NCBI GenBank assembly: GCA_963677595.1
Contig: OY782041.1
Span: 3,104,001 to 3,168,000, forward strand
Source of the DNA: Spirochaetia bacterium
GTDB lineage: Bacteria; Spirochaetota; Spirochaetia; CAKZLE01
Length of the DNA: 64,000 bases
Direction: 5' to 3'
Below, piece by piece: positions 21,468 to 31,526 of the stretch. Each line of letters opens with the position of its first letter. Positions within the stretch are counted from its first letter, which is position 1. Below the pieces are notes generated by a model that was given only the letters and a program-made list of their open reading frames with translations, did not search any database and was not told the DNA's origin. Both the position numbers and the translations under genes were made by a program.

Positions 21468-22193
21468 ATGAAGATAATTGGAGTTATACCTGCACGATAT
21501 CAATCGTCAAGATTTGAAGGGAAACCTTTAGCGGATATTTGTGGCAAACCAATGATTTGGTGGGTTTATAACCAAGCTAAAAAAGTTGATGATTTTAGTG
21601 AAGTTTATATTGCTACTGATGATGATCGGATAAAAAACACTTGTGAGCAATATAAAATGAATGTCATAATGACTTCTAGTGAACATCCAACGGGGACGGA
21701 TAGAGTTGGTGAAGTTGCTAGAAAAATTCCTGCTGATTTATATGTAAACATTCAAGGGGATGAACCATTAATTGAGCCAGAGACTATAAAGAAGGCAATA
21801 GAACCTTTCTATACAAATTCAGATCTTAAAATATCAAATCTTATGACTGAAATAAAAGACCCTGTTGATGTTATAAATTTTACTGTTCCAAAGGTGATAA
21901 CAAATAGAGATGGGATTGGTATCTTCTTAACTCGAAGTGCAGCTCCATATCCTAAGGGTAAAATAGATTATCGGTTTTTTAAACAGGTATGTATTTATGG
22001 ATTTACACCTGACACTTTAGAATTTTATTGTAAATCTCCAAGAGGTGCTGTAGAAAGTATAGAGGACATAGAAATTTTACGGTTTATTGAAAATGGTTAT
22101 AAGGTACAATTTATTGAAGTACTTTCTGATACCGTGGCAGTAGATACAAAAAAGGATTTAGAAAAAGTAATCAATATAATAAGAAGTCGATAA
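21468..22193 (+). CDS. kdsB: CMP-Kdo synthetase-like cytidylyltransferase
   Basis: IPARYQSSRFEGKPLA, GTDR, NIQGDEP and E..RFIENG motifs. Confidence 0.88.
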   Translation: MKIIGVIPARYQSSRFEGKPLADICGKPMIWWVYNQAKKVDDFSEVYIATDDDRIKNTCEQYKMNVIMTSSEHPTGTDRVGEVARKIPADLYVNIQGDEPLIEPETIKKAIEPFYTNSDLKISNLMTEIKDPVDVINFTVPKVITNRDGIGIFLTRSAAPYPKGKIDYRFFKQVCIYGFTPDTLEFYCKSPRGAVESIEDIEILRFIENGYKVQFIEVLSDTVAVDTKKDLEKVINIIRSR

Positions 22194-22224
22194 TAAATAA
22201 TTTTGTTATTTTTGGAGATATTTC

Positions 22225-23820
22225 GTGAATAAAATCAAGATATTAGATTGTACACTTCGAGATGGCGGTTATATTAACAATTGGGAATTCGGGGAACTGA
22301 ATATTCAAAAATTAATTACAAATTTAATCAAATCAGATATAGATATCATCGAGTGTGGATTTATCACAAATAAAGATACGAATAAGCATCAATCTCTATA
22401 TAATCATATTGAAGACGTTAAAGAGTACTATAAGCAAAACCATATCAGAAAATCATTATTGGTTTGTATGATTAATTATGGGGATTATGATATAGAAAAT
22501 TTACCCGAATATAATAAATCTTTGATAGATGGGATTAGAGTGGCTTTTCATAAAAGAGATAAAGCTGATGCTTTGCAATTATGTAAAGCAATTAAAAAGA
22601 AAGGCTATAAACTTTTCATGCAGCCAATGGTTTCTGTGTCATATACGGATGAAGAATTTGTTTCTTTAATTAAGGAAGCTAATGATATTAATCCTTATGC
22701 TTTTTATATTGTTGATAGTTTTGGTGTTATGAAAAGAAATGATTTGCTTAGATTTTTCTATTTGGTAGATCATAATTTATTAAAAAATATTCTTATTGGT
22801 TATCATTCACACAATAATATTCAAATGGCATATGCAAACGCTCAAACTTTAGTAGATATTAAGACCAAACGCAAAATAATAATTGATTCAAGTATTTTTG
22901 GAATGGGTAGGGGTGCTGGTAATTTAAATACAGAACTTTTTCTTGAATATTTAAACGAAAATAATGTAGCAAATTATGATATAATACCGATTTTAAAAGT
23001 AATTGACGATATAATAAACCCAATATATTTTTCAAATTATTGGGGGTATTCATTACCACATTATATCTCAGCAAAATATAATTGTCATCCCAATTATGCA
23101 ACCTATCTTAACGGAAAAAACACGTTAACGATTGAAAATATTAATGATATTTTAAGTAATATTAATGAAAATATGAGGAATACTTTTAATCAAGTATATA
23201 TAGAGGAACTATATGAACAGTTTCAGATTTCCTCAAATGATATGTTATTTACAACTAAGAAAATTGAAAACATTTTTAAAAGTAAATCAGTATTGATAAT
23301 TGCTCCAGGTAGTAGTATTAACTCTGAAAGACAAACTATTAAAGATTTCCAAGAGAGGAATAATAATAACTTAATAACAATTGCAATTAATTTCCACCCA
23401 GAATTGATATCCTGTGATTATATTTTTTATAGTAATAATAAGAGATTCGAGAATAGAAATATTACAGATGATTCTGAAATAAAATTGATTGTAGCATCAA
23501 ATATTAAGAATGTATTTGGTGAAGAATTTATTGTAGATTATTCCAAACTTACAAATGAAATTGCTTGTGTAGAAGATAATGCAGGTTTAATGCTAATAAA
23601 ATTACTTATGGATTTAAAAGTAAAAAGTATTTACTTAGCAGGTTTGGATGGTTATAGCGATGATATTTTTAAAGATTATGCAAACCCAAATTTGGCATTT
23701 GTTAAGATGAAAGCTGATGCGTTAGCCATGAATGAAGGACTACAGAAAAAATTAAAGGAATATTCAAACACAATCACTATAAAAATGGTAACTAAACCCA
23801 GAAAAATAGAAATTTCATAA
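22225..23820 (+). CDS. DRE-TIM aldolase (4-hydroxy-2-oxovalerate aldolase-like) fused to a C-terminal Rossmann-like domain
   Basis: LDCTLRDGGY, VDSFG, GYHSHNN and GMGRGAGNLNTE motifs; C-terminal IIAPGSS...IYLAGLDGY. Confidence 0.82.
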   Translation: MNKIKILDCTLRDGGYINNWEFGELNIQKLITNLIKSDIDIIECGFITNKDTNKHQSLYNHIEDVKEYYKQNHIRKSLLVCMINYGDYDIENLPEYNKSLIDGIRVAFHKRDKADALQLCKAIKKKGYKLFMQPMVSVSYTDEEFVSLIKEANDINPYAFYIVDSFGVMKRNDLLRFFYLVDHNLLKNILIGYHSHNNIQMAYANAQTLVDIKTKRKIIIDSSIFGMGRGAGNLNTELFLEYLNENNVANYDIIPILKVIDDIINPIYFSNYWGYSLPHYISAKYNCHPNYATYLNGKNTLTIENINDILSNINENMRNTFNQVYIEELYEQFQISSNDMLFTTKKIENIFKSKSVLIIAPGSSINSERQTIKDFQERNNNNLITIAINFHPELISCDYIFYSNNKRFENRNITDDSEIKLIVASNIKNVFGEEFIVDYSKLTNEIACVEDNAGLMLIKLLMDLKVKSIYLAGLDGYSDDIFKDYANPNLAFVKMKADALAMNEGLQKKLKEYSNTITIKMVTKPRKIEIS

Positions 23821-23832
23821 TAAAGTAAAATT

Positions 23833-24870
23833 ATGAGGAGTCTGCAATTGATAAAAACTTTATGTTTTGGTGAGATAATGGGAAGATTTTCCCCCATTGG
23901 CTACAAAAAAATAATTCAATCTAATAGTTTTGAGTTATCTTTTGCCGGTAGTGAAGCTAATGTTGCTGTTTCATTAGCAAACTATGGTGTTGACTCTGGA
24001 TTTGTTACAAAAATCCCTGACAATGATCTTGGTTTGATGATCAAAAGAAGCCTAAGAAGTTATAATGTTAATATTGAGCATATTGTAACTGGTGGTTCTC
24101 GGTTAGGTATGTATTATGTCGAAAAAGGAGTATCCCAAAGACCGTCAAAAGTAATTTATGATAGGGGGGATAGTGCAATATCTTTGGCAAATACATCGGA
24201 CTTCAATTGGGAAAAAATATTAGATAATATTAATTTATTCCATACAACAGGAATTACATTAGCTCTTTCTGATAATTGTGCAGAAATTGTAGAGTCCGCA
24301 TTTAGAGTTTGTAAAAATAAGGGGATAAGAATTTCTTGTGACCTAAATTATCGTTATAAATTATGGACACCCGAAAAGGCTTATAAGATTATGTCTAAAC
24401 TGATGAAATATGTAGATATATGCATTTGTAATGAAGAGGATGCAGAGAAGGTGCTAGACATCAAAGCAGAATCGTCAGAGATTTCTAAGGGGAAGATTAA
24501 TAGAGATGACTATATACAAGTAGCAAAAACAATTCAACAAAAGTATGGATGTGAAACAGTTGCAATCACATTAAGAGAAAGTTTTTCTGCAAGTATTAAT
24601 GGGTGGTCTGCATTACTTTATAAAGATGGGAAAAGTTTTTTTTCAAAGGAATATAGGATTCATATAGTTGATCGTGTTGGAGGTGGGGATAGTTTTGTTG
24701 GGGGCTTGTTATATGCCTTAGAAATGATCCCAGATTCTCAGCAACAAATTGAGTTTGCAACGGCTGCAAGTTGTCTCAAGCAAACAATAGAAGGAGACTT
24801 TAATCAAGTAAATATTGTAGACGTGCAGCACTTAATGAATGGTGATGGGTCAGGTAGAGTTAATAGATAA
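23833..24870 (+). CDS. PfkB-family sugar kinase (2-keto-3-deoxygluconate kinase-like)
   Basis: FGEIM, GSEANVA, DLNYR.KLW and DRVGGGDSF motifs. Confidence 0.88.
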   Translation: MRSLQLIKTLCFGEIMGRFSPIGYKKIIQSNSFELSFAGSEANVAVSLANYGVDSGFVTKIPDNDLGLMIKRSLRSYNVNIEHIVTGGSRLGMYYVEKGVSQRPSKVIYDRGDSAISLANTSDFNWEKILDNINLFHTTGITLALSDNCAEIVESAFRVCKNKGIRISCDLNYRYKLWTPEKAYKIMSKLMKYVDICICNEEDAEKVLDIKAESSEISKGKINRDDYIQVAKTIQQKYGCETVAITLRESFSASINGWSALLYKDGKSFFSKEYRIHIVDRVGGGDSFVGGLLYALEMIPDSQQQIEFATAASCLKQTIEGDFNQVNIVDVQHLMNGDGSGRVNR

Positions 24871-24906
24871 CAGTATTTAAATAATCTGTATTCTGTGCAG
24901 ATGTGA

Positions 24907-24936
24907 GGGGGGGCGGATTCGCCCTCCTTTTCTTTT
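24907..24936 (+). terminator. Rho-independent terminator ending the polysaccharide operon
   Basis: GC-rich hairpin gggggcg-gatt-cgccctcc followed by ttttctttt. Confidence 0.75.
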
Positions 24937-25166
24937 GGAGTTAAATAGTAATATTGTTAACAATAACAATAAGAAGAAAGAGAAAGTCCCATTTTCTTTC
25001 AAGTTTCTTGGTATGACGAGTCATGTGTGGTGACTAACCACACATGTTTGATGAGTGGGACCCTTCACACACCTGCCCGGGATGTGGATAGCCTAACTTG
25101 ATATTTTTTTGATAGTACCGCATTAAGAAGAGTACTCGTGATATGATAGTCAGGAAAGAACCTTCC

Positions 25167-25355
25167 ATAGCTGATGCGAACATCTTATTGGAAACTGCCG
25201 TCGGTAAACCCGTAAGCTTTTCATAAGGGGAGTGTTGCCTGGTGAAAGACCCGTTGGGAAGTCCTTGTATTATCGACTTCCTGAAAAGGTGACAGGTTCA
25301 TAATCGGGTTCATAACCTTCGTTTTGTCGGGAAGTATGAGTGCAAGGAATCGGTG
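25167..25355 (+). pseudogene. Degenerate DUF1413 gene copy 1
   Basis: Clear nucleotide similarity to 36161-36350 (e.g. tcttattggaaactgccgtc); ATG replaced by ATA; stops and frameshifts. Confidence 0.8.
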
Positions 25356-25701
25356 CCCCCGTAACAATCACTGATGAAGCTGCTCATACCATTTACCTGC
25401 TTCCTGTATCAACCAATGGGACAGCCTTTCGAATGCCCCTAACCGACTCAAACGTTCTCAAATCTGTAATTCTCCTATCGTGCGTTCGTTCTGAAAAGTG
25501 AGTTATGTTGATGAAGGCTATTTCATAATATGTTATAATTTGGGGTAGAATTCGAATTATACATAACCTGATAGAGATTCTAAAAGAAATCCGTTACTAT
25601 AGATTAGATAAAAGGGAAGCTTTACCGTGAGTAACCCAGTTGGTTTCAAAGTGAATGGATGAATCAGACCTGTAAGAGATAGAATAGGAGGGAGTGCCAT
25701 A

Positions 25702-28497
25702 GTGGATCAATGGAATATCTTGGGGAGTCGATGGTGGAAGTTCGATTTTCATACGCATACTCCTAAGTCCGATGATTATGGAAGAGGCAATGGGTCCTTG
25801 AAGGGAATCTCTCCTGAGACATGGCTCCAAAATGCTATGGAATCAGGACTAGACTGTGTTGTTATCAGTGACCATAACTCGGGAGACTGGATTGATGAAT
25901 TGAAAAGCGCGAATAGTACATTGCATGATTCTGATAAGAAACCCGAATGGTACAGGGATCTCACAATTTTCCCGGGTGTCGAGATCACTATAGCCGATAG
26001 CAGTCGTCGAGTTCATCTTCTGGCTGTCTTCGATCCTGCCTGCGATAGGAATAAGGTGTCAGGGGTTCTGGGGGCCTGTGGAATCACATCGAGGTTTGGT
26101 GATGATAAGAGTATAGCCACAACCACAAGTTTTGGCGATACTATCAAGATAATAATTCAAGAAGGAGGTTTGCCCATCCCTGCTCATATCGATGGGAAAA
26201 AGGGACTGCTTGAAGGAATATCTACACTCTCACCTGAAACGAAGAATAGCATTGATGCTGTTTCGGCAGCGGAATTCTGCAATCTCAATGCATACGATAA
26301 AGCTGATGCCTCTTTGCGAAAGAAAGTAGACAAACTCGCAAAATTGGCAGGTTCCGATGCCCATACTCCCGATGAGATAGGGCGCTACTTCAGTTGGGTT
26401 AAGATGAGTTCTCCTACCCTTGAGGGGTTGAGACTGGCGCTTCAGGATTACGAGTTCTGCGTTTACAATGGGTCAGAATCTCCTGAGCAACTCCCCGGTA
26501 CATACCTGATGAGTCTCATGATCAGGAATATGAAATATTGTGGACGAGTTTCTGGTAAACCCTTCCATATCTCATTTCATCCTCATTTCAATGCTCTTAT
26601 TGGCGGCCGAGGCACTGGGAAATCCACCATAATTGAATCTATACGGATAGCTTCACGGCAAGACCGTAACCTTGCTGTAGAATCCCCTAGGATCAAAGAT
26701 GAACTGGATAAGTTCATGAAGACATCACATAAAGAAGGGGTCATGCTGAATGACACTGAAATAATCTTGGAAATCCATCGTCGTGGAAAGAAGTATCGAC
26801 TCTTCTGGAGATTCACCGGACAAGGTAATGTGCTTGAAGAGGAGATCTCGGGCTTGTGGAAGACAGTAGACCCCGGCGATATTGTTGAACGATTCCCGCT
26901 CAGTATCTTTAGTCAGAAACAGATCAATGAGCTGGCGTCGAATTCGCGTGGACTCTTGGAGATAATCGACCGTTCTCAGAGGGTTAATCGATCCGAATGG
27001 GATGCCAAGTGGGAACAGGAGAAAAGCCGGTTCCTTCAACTGAGTGAGAGAAAGAGGGAATTGTCACGACAGCTGGCTGGAGAGAAAAATCTACGTATAA
27101 GACTTAAGGACGTCGAACATGATCTGAAGCAATATGAGGTTCATGGGCATGGTGAGATACTCAAGAAGTATCAGAAGTATAGTCAGCAGAAGAACTCATT
27201 GCCCGACGATCACATATTCAATTATCTTTCGTCAGGTATCCGGGACCTCGCTTCTGCTGCAGAATTCTCAGATTTCCCAACCCATCTTTTTGATGAGAAC
27301 GATGAGGCAACCGAGGAAATCCGATTGATTCACGAACAAGCATCCAAGGCACTGCAGAGCATCAGTACTGCACTGGGTAACCTTGCGGAAGATGTTGATG
27401 TTCTTAAAGCGAAAAGAGCCGAGAATATGTCTTCAAGTAGATGGTATCATGCAGGGCAGGATAGTATCAGTGCGTATGAAAGCCTTGTGAGGGAATATGA
27501 AGAGAAAAACAGTCGCATAAGTCTTTCTCTGTATGGGGAATGGGTCCAACAGCGTAATCAACTGCAGCAGCAGTTGAACCGGCTGGACTCTGTCCGTGAG
27601 GATGATACATCAACAGGGATTCAGATTGAGGAATCTTTGACAAGACTACAGAGCCTTCGTGGTGAACTGCTCGAAAGGAGGAGAAACTTTCTTAACGAGG
27701 TTATAGGAAGTAATCCATACGTGCGCATGGAACTGATTCAGTATGGAGATTTGAGCTCTTTAGAAGAGGAATACCGAGACCTCCTCTATCTTGAATCCGG
27801 GAAATTTGAGAGTTCGGTGTTTGACAGAGATAACCAACAGGGATTACTCTGGCCATTGAAGAACTGGGAGGACCTTGGGAAACCCGATACATCTCTCCCC
27901 CAGCTTATTTCCGAAATCAAGATCACTACCCTTAATATCGCCAACAGGGTCAGTACTGCAAACCATGGAGCCTTTGCCAATCGCCTGGAAAAGGTGCTTG
28001 AGACACAACCAGCAGTTTTTGATCAGCTTAAAGCTTGGTGGCCTGAGGATCTTCTCAGGGTCAGGTATTCAAAGGATACCTCTTCGGGAAAGTTCGAAGA
28101 TTTGGAGAAAGGTTCTGCCGGGCAGAAAGCAGCGGCAATTCTGGCATTTCTTCTCAGTTATGGTGATGAGCCGTTGATTATAGATCAACCAGAAGATGAC
28201 CTTGATAACGCATTGATCTATGACCTGATAGTTTCGCAGATTAAAGAAAACAAGAAAAGGCGGCAGCTAGTCATCGTAACCCATAACCCGAACATCGTTG
28301 TGAACGGAGATTCTGAACTGGTACATGTCTTGAAATATGATAGAGGCCAGGTGCAGATTGACTTGCAGGGTGGGCTGGAAGAAACTGGTGTCAGAGAGTC
28401 CATATGCAACATTATGGAGGGCGGACAAGAAGCCTTCGATAAGCGTTATGCACGAATAAGAACTGAGAGGTACAATGATGTTCGAAACAACAGCTGA
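25702..28497 (+). CDS. PHP-phosphoesterase + ABC/SMC-like ATPase (Ppl/TrlF-like defence protein)
   Basis: DFHTHTP, SDHN, PGVE, AHID and GSDAH (PHP); GGRGTGKST Walker A; coiled coil; SAGQK signature; IIDQPEDDLDN; VTHN. Confidence 0.88.
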   Translation: MDQWNILGSRWWKFDFHTHTPKSDDYGRGNGSLKGISPETWLQNAMESGLDCVVISDHNSGDWIDELKSANSTLHDSDKKPEWYRDLTIFPGVEITIADSSRRVHLLAVFDPACDRNKVSGVLGACGITSRFGDDKSIATTTSFGDTIKIIIQEGGLPIPAHIDGKKGLLEGISTLSPETKNSIDAVSAAEFCNLNAYDKADASLRKKVDKLAKLAGSDAHTPDEIGRYFSWVKMSSPTLEGLRLALQDYEFCVYNGSESPEQLPGTYLMSLMIRNMKYCGRVSGKPFHISFHPHFNALIGGRGTGKSTIIESIRIASRQDRNLAVESPRIKDELDKFMKTSHKEGVMLNDTEIILEIHRRGKKYRLFWRFTGQGNVLEEEISGLWKTVDPGDIVERFPLSIFSQKQINELASNSRGLLEIIDRSQRVNRSEWDAKWEQEKSRFLQLSERKRELSRQLAGEKNLRIRLKDVEHDLKQYEVHGHGEILKKYQKYSQQKNSLPDDHIFNYLSSGIRDLASAAEFSDFPTHLFDENDEATEEIRLIHEQASKALQSISTALGNLAEDVDVLKAKRAENMSSSRWYHAGQDSISAYESLVREYEEKNSRISLSLYGEWVQQRNQLQQQLNRLDSVREDDTSTGIQIEESLTRLQSLRGELLERRRNFLNEVIGSNPYVRMELIQYGDLSSLEEEYRDLLYLESGKFESSVFDRDNQQGLLWPLKNWEDLGKPDTSLPQLISEIKITTLNIANRVSTANHGAFANRLEKVLETQPAVFDQLKAWWPEDLLRVRYSKDTSSGKFEDLEKGSAGQKAAAILAFLLSYGDEPLIIDQPEDDLDNALIYDLIVSQIKENKKRRQLVIVTHNPNIVVNGDSELVHVLKYDRGQVQIDLQGGLEETGVRESICNIMEGGQEAFDKRYARIRTERYNDVRNNS

Positions 28498-29740
28498 GCT
28501 GCTGAGACAGATACGATTCGGTGAAGACTCCTCACTGGAGTTGAAGGATTTGAGATATAAAGGGCAGCAAGTCAATGAACCCCACCGAAACAGTATGGCA
28601 GATGAATTAGCCGCAATGGCAAATACTGCCAATGGGGTATTCGTGCTCGGGGTAGATGACAAGTCAAAAACGGTTGTTGGAATCCCCGTGGACAAATTAG
28701 ATATCGTGGAAACCTGGGTACGAGGCATATGCAACGATCTAATCACACCACAGCTGTTTTGCAGGATTCAGAAGATACCTGTTATAACTGAAGATAGTGT
28801 AGAGCGTGTTATTATCAGGATCGACGTACCCAGAAGTTTGTTTGTGCACCAGAGTCCTAGTGGGTATTTTCACCGAATAGGAAGCTCAAAACGGCAGATG
28901 ACCCCTGAGATCCTGGCCAGGCTCTTTCAGCAGCGTAGCCAGGCGAGGATCATTCGCTTTGATGAACAGTCGGTTACTACAGCTCCTCGGGAATCTCTTG
29001 ATAGCATACTATGGGAGAAATTCAGAACTCCGCTCTCTCCCAAGGAGGATGAAGAATTCCTCCTCAAGCTGAAGCTCCTTACTCATGATGAAGACAGCAA
29101 GATCTGTCCCAGTGTTGGAGGACTGCTGATGACCTGCCAGCACCCTGAAGAATATATAACCAATGCATTCATTCAGGTGGTTGCCTATAGGGGAAGAGAG
29201 AGGAATGCCTCGTATCAATTGGATGCGAAGAACGTGACAGGACCGCTGGATAAGCAGATTGCAGATGCCTATGCATTCGTTGAACGAAATATGAGGGTGT
29301 ATGCGGTGAAAGAACCCGCAAGAAGGGACATCCCGCAGTACGCGATGCAGGCCGTTTTCGAGGCATTAGTAAATGCCGTAGCACATAGGGATTATTCTAT
29401 TCAAGGATCAAAGATCCGGCTCCATATGTTTTCTGATCGCCTTGAAATCTTCTCCCCGGGGACTATTCCTAATACGATGACAATCGAAAGTCTTTCCCTG
29501 CGTCAAGCAAATCGGAACGAACTTCTTACTAGTCTGCTAGCCCGTTGTCCTTTACCCTCGGTAAGCATGTCTAGTGATCGTAGATTCCTCATGGACCGAA
29601 GGGGAGAAGGTGTTCCCATCATTCTGTCTGAGAGCGAGAAACTTTCGGGAAGTCTTCCGGAATATCGCCTGATCGATGATAGTGAACTTATGCTGACTAT
29701 ATATGCCGCGAATTCCCCAGCACTCGAAGAGATATCTTGA
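28475..29740 (+). CDS. Schlafen/AlbA_2-domain protein with RecG-C-terminal-like (HATPase_c_4) domain
   Basis: GEDSSLELK, AMANTANG.FVLGVDD, EALVNAVAHRDYS, DRLEIFSPG and RN..L motifs. Confidence 0.88.
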   Translation: MMFETTAELLRQIRFGEDSSLELKDLRYKGQQVNEPHRNSMADELAAMANTANGVFVLGVDDKSKTVVGIPVDKLDIVETWVRGICNDLITPQLFCRIQKIPVITEDSVERVIIRIDVPRSLFVHQSPSGYFHRIGSSKRQMTPEILARLFQQRSQARIIRFDEQSVTTAPRESLDSILWEKFRTPLSPKEDEEFLLKLKLLTHDEDSKICPSVGGLLMTCQHPEEYITNAFIQVVAYRGRERNASYQLDAKNVTGPLDKQIADAYAFVERNMRVYAVKEPARRDIPQYAMQAVFEALVNAVAHRDYSIQGSKIRLHMFSDRLEIFSPGTIPNTMTIESLSLRQANRNELLTSLLARCPLPSVSMSSDRRFLMDRRGEGVPIILSESEKLSGSLPEYRLIDDSELMLTIYAANSPALEEIS

Positions 29741-29823
29741 CACAGAGGGGGCTACGTCCCTCGTTCGTTCTGAAGGTATAATATCAATATGGTTGCCCAT
29801 AAAAAACCAGCTGGATACCGAAT

Positions 29824-29988
29824 ATAGTGGGAGTGAACGTCTTCTTGGGAACTGCCGTCAATAAGACGGGGGACCTGCAGGAAGGTGAGGGATGCCTGGT
29901 GAACGAATTGTTTAGGGATCCCGGTGGAATCGGCCTCCTGACAGGAGACCGGCTTCACAGGGAATACTTCATGCTGAACTACATCAGA
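29824..29988 (+). pseudogene. Degenerate DUF1413 gene copy 2
   Basis: Translates GVNVFLGTAVNKTGDLQEGEGCLVNELF versus DVNVLLETAVKETGNLREGESFLVKDLF in the intact copy; 3' end lost. Confidence 0.8.
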
Positions 29989-31526
29989 CCTCTCCTCATT
30001 CCTTTCGAATCTAGGTCATATTCTTCGGATTCACATTCCTTCCCGTCCAGCCCTGACCTCGTGCCCAATCCTTCATAAAAGCTGCTTCGTCTCTATCATC
30101 TCCATGGATCGTTTGGAGCATTCTCATATAGCCAGACATGCCCCCACAGTCATCAAGCACATTCAGGCCATCTTTTGCGATACAGATCGGTTTGCGATCG
30201 GCAATCACTCGAGCTGCAGTCTCATCTTCCACGGCCTGGGTATCGTTCCCAAACTCCCTAATGAGTGAGATCTCAACCTCCCATCCATCACCATAGTCAT
30301 AACTATAGGTAAGTTCAGTTGAGATCGGCATGATTCTCTTCGGTTCAGCCTGTTTCTGAAGACGCTCCATCTGCACCAAAGCACGATTGCATGCAGCCCT
30401 ATCATAATTCGCTGCCGTGAGTGCTTGGTCGCGATACTGCCGGTATTGTTGGATCAAGCCCGTATCAACAGCCAGGGCGTCAGCCTTTGCCGACTCGATA
30501 GCCTTGGGCTGCAATGAGAGGATCTCATGCATGCGAAGGCTCTCTTTGAGCACATCAGGCATCCCCTCATCGAACGTGACGGCATCCAGTAACTCCTGCA
30601 GCGTTGCCTCCTCGAATCGGACATCCCGGGGTTCTACTTCAGTCACCGGCCATAACGGCTGCACATGCAGGATCGGAAAACGCTCTGCAAATTGATGAAT
30701 CTCGACCTGGTTCTCTATCCAATACTCACTATACCCACCATATGCGTACGGTCTCAGATACTTCGATCGCATCCAGGTCCTTGGACTCTTTGATTCGTCA
30801 TAGTCGTCATCCCAGAAAGCATCAGCGAATGTAATGTTCGGGAACTGCAGGTAATACCCGAATACCGGTGCGATATCGAGAAGCTTTCCCTCCGTCAGTA
30901 CCTGATACAAAGGAAGCGGCAGTTGGAAGCTGTGCAGGTGGCTGTTCGTCCAACCGAAGACCATGTTGATCAGGTAATGAAGCTGATGCAGGACTAATGA
31001 AGAGGGGACCATGATGTCCCGGGAGATGGACTTCTTGACACCCCCGTATGTAGTAAGGACCTTTGCTTCCTCAGCCGACATGGAGTTAAGTTGGCTCCCA
31101 CGCAGTTCCAGATGGAGGTGCATCGCATACGGGGAGCTCTTCTCTTTCTGGGTTGGTATCCCTTCCGAAATACCGGAAGCATCTCGTACCGGCTGCTCCC
31201 GATTACGACTTCGCTTCGCATGCCTGCGATTTCGCTCGCGATACTTCTCGCTTCTTACTGCCGTGTCTGTCTTCCCCGGTTCATCATACAACCCCCTCTC
31301 ATACGGCCGATAGTTCTGAACCATCGTTGTGCTGATCTGCAGGGCCTCCGCGATCTCTGATGTCGTCATTCCCTGAACAGCCAGTTCCTGGATTTGCAGG
31401 GATCGCGGACTTGACCACAATCCTATGGTGATGAGTATCTTTCTCACCTTCGTCGTAGATATCTCCGTCTGCAGTGAAGTCTCACTGATAGACTCGGTTC
31501 TTGTATACACACTCACTACCTTCTCA

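Larger units (their letters stand above)
25483..29774. repeat. 13-bp direct repeat cgttcgttctgaa flanking the PHP-ATPase/Schlafen pair
   Basis: Identical 13-mers at 25483-25495 and 29762-29774. Confidence 0.55.
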
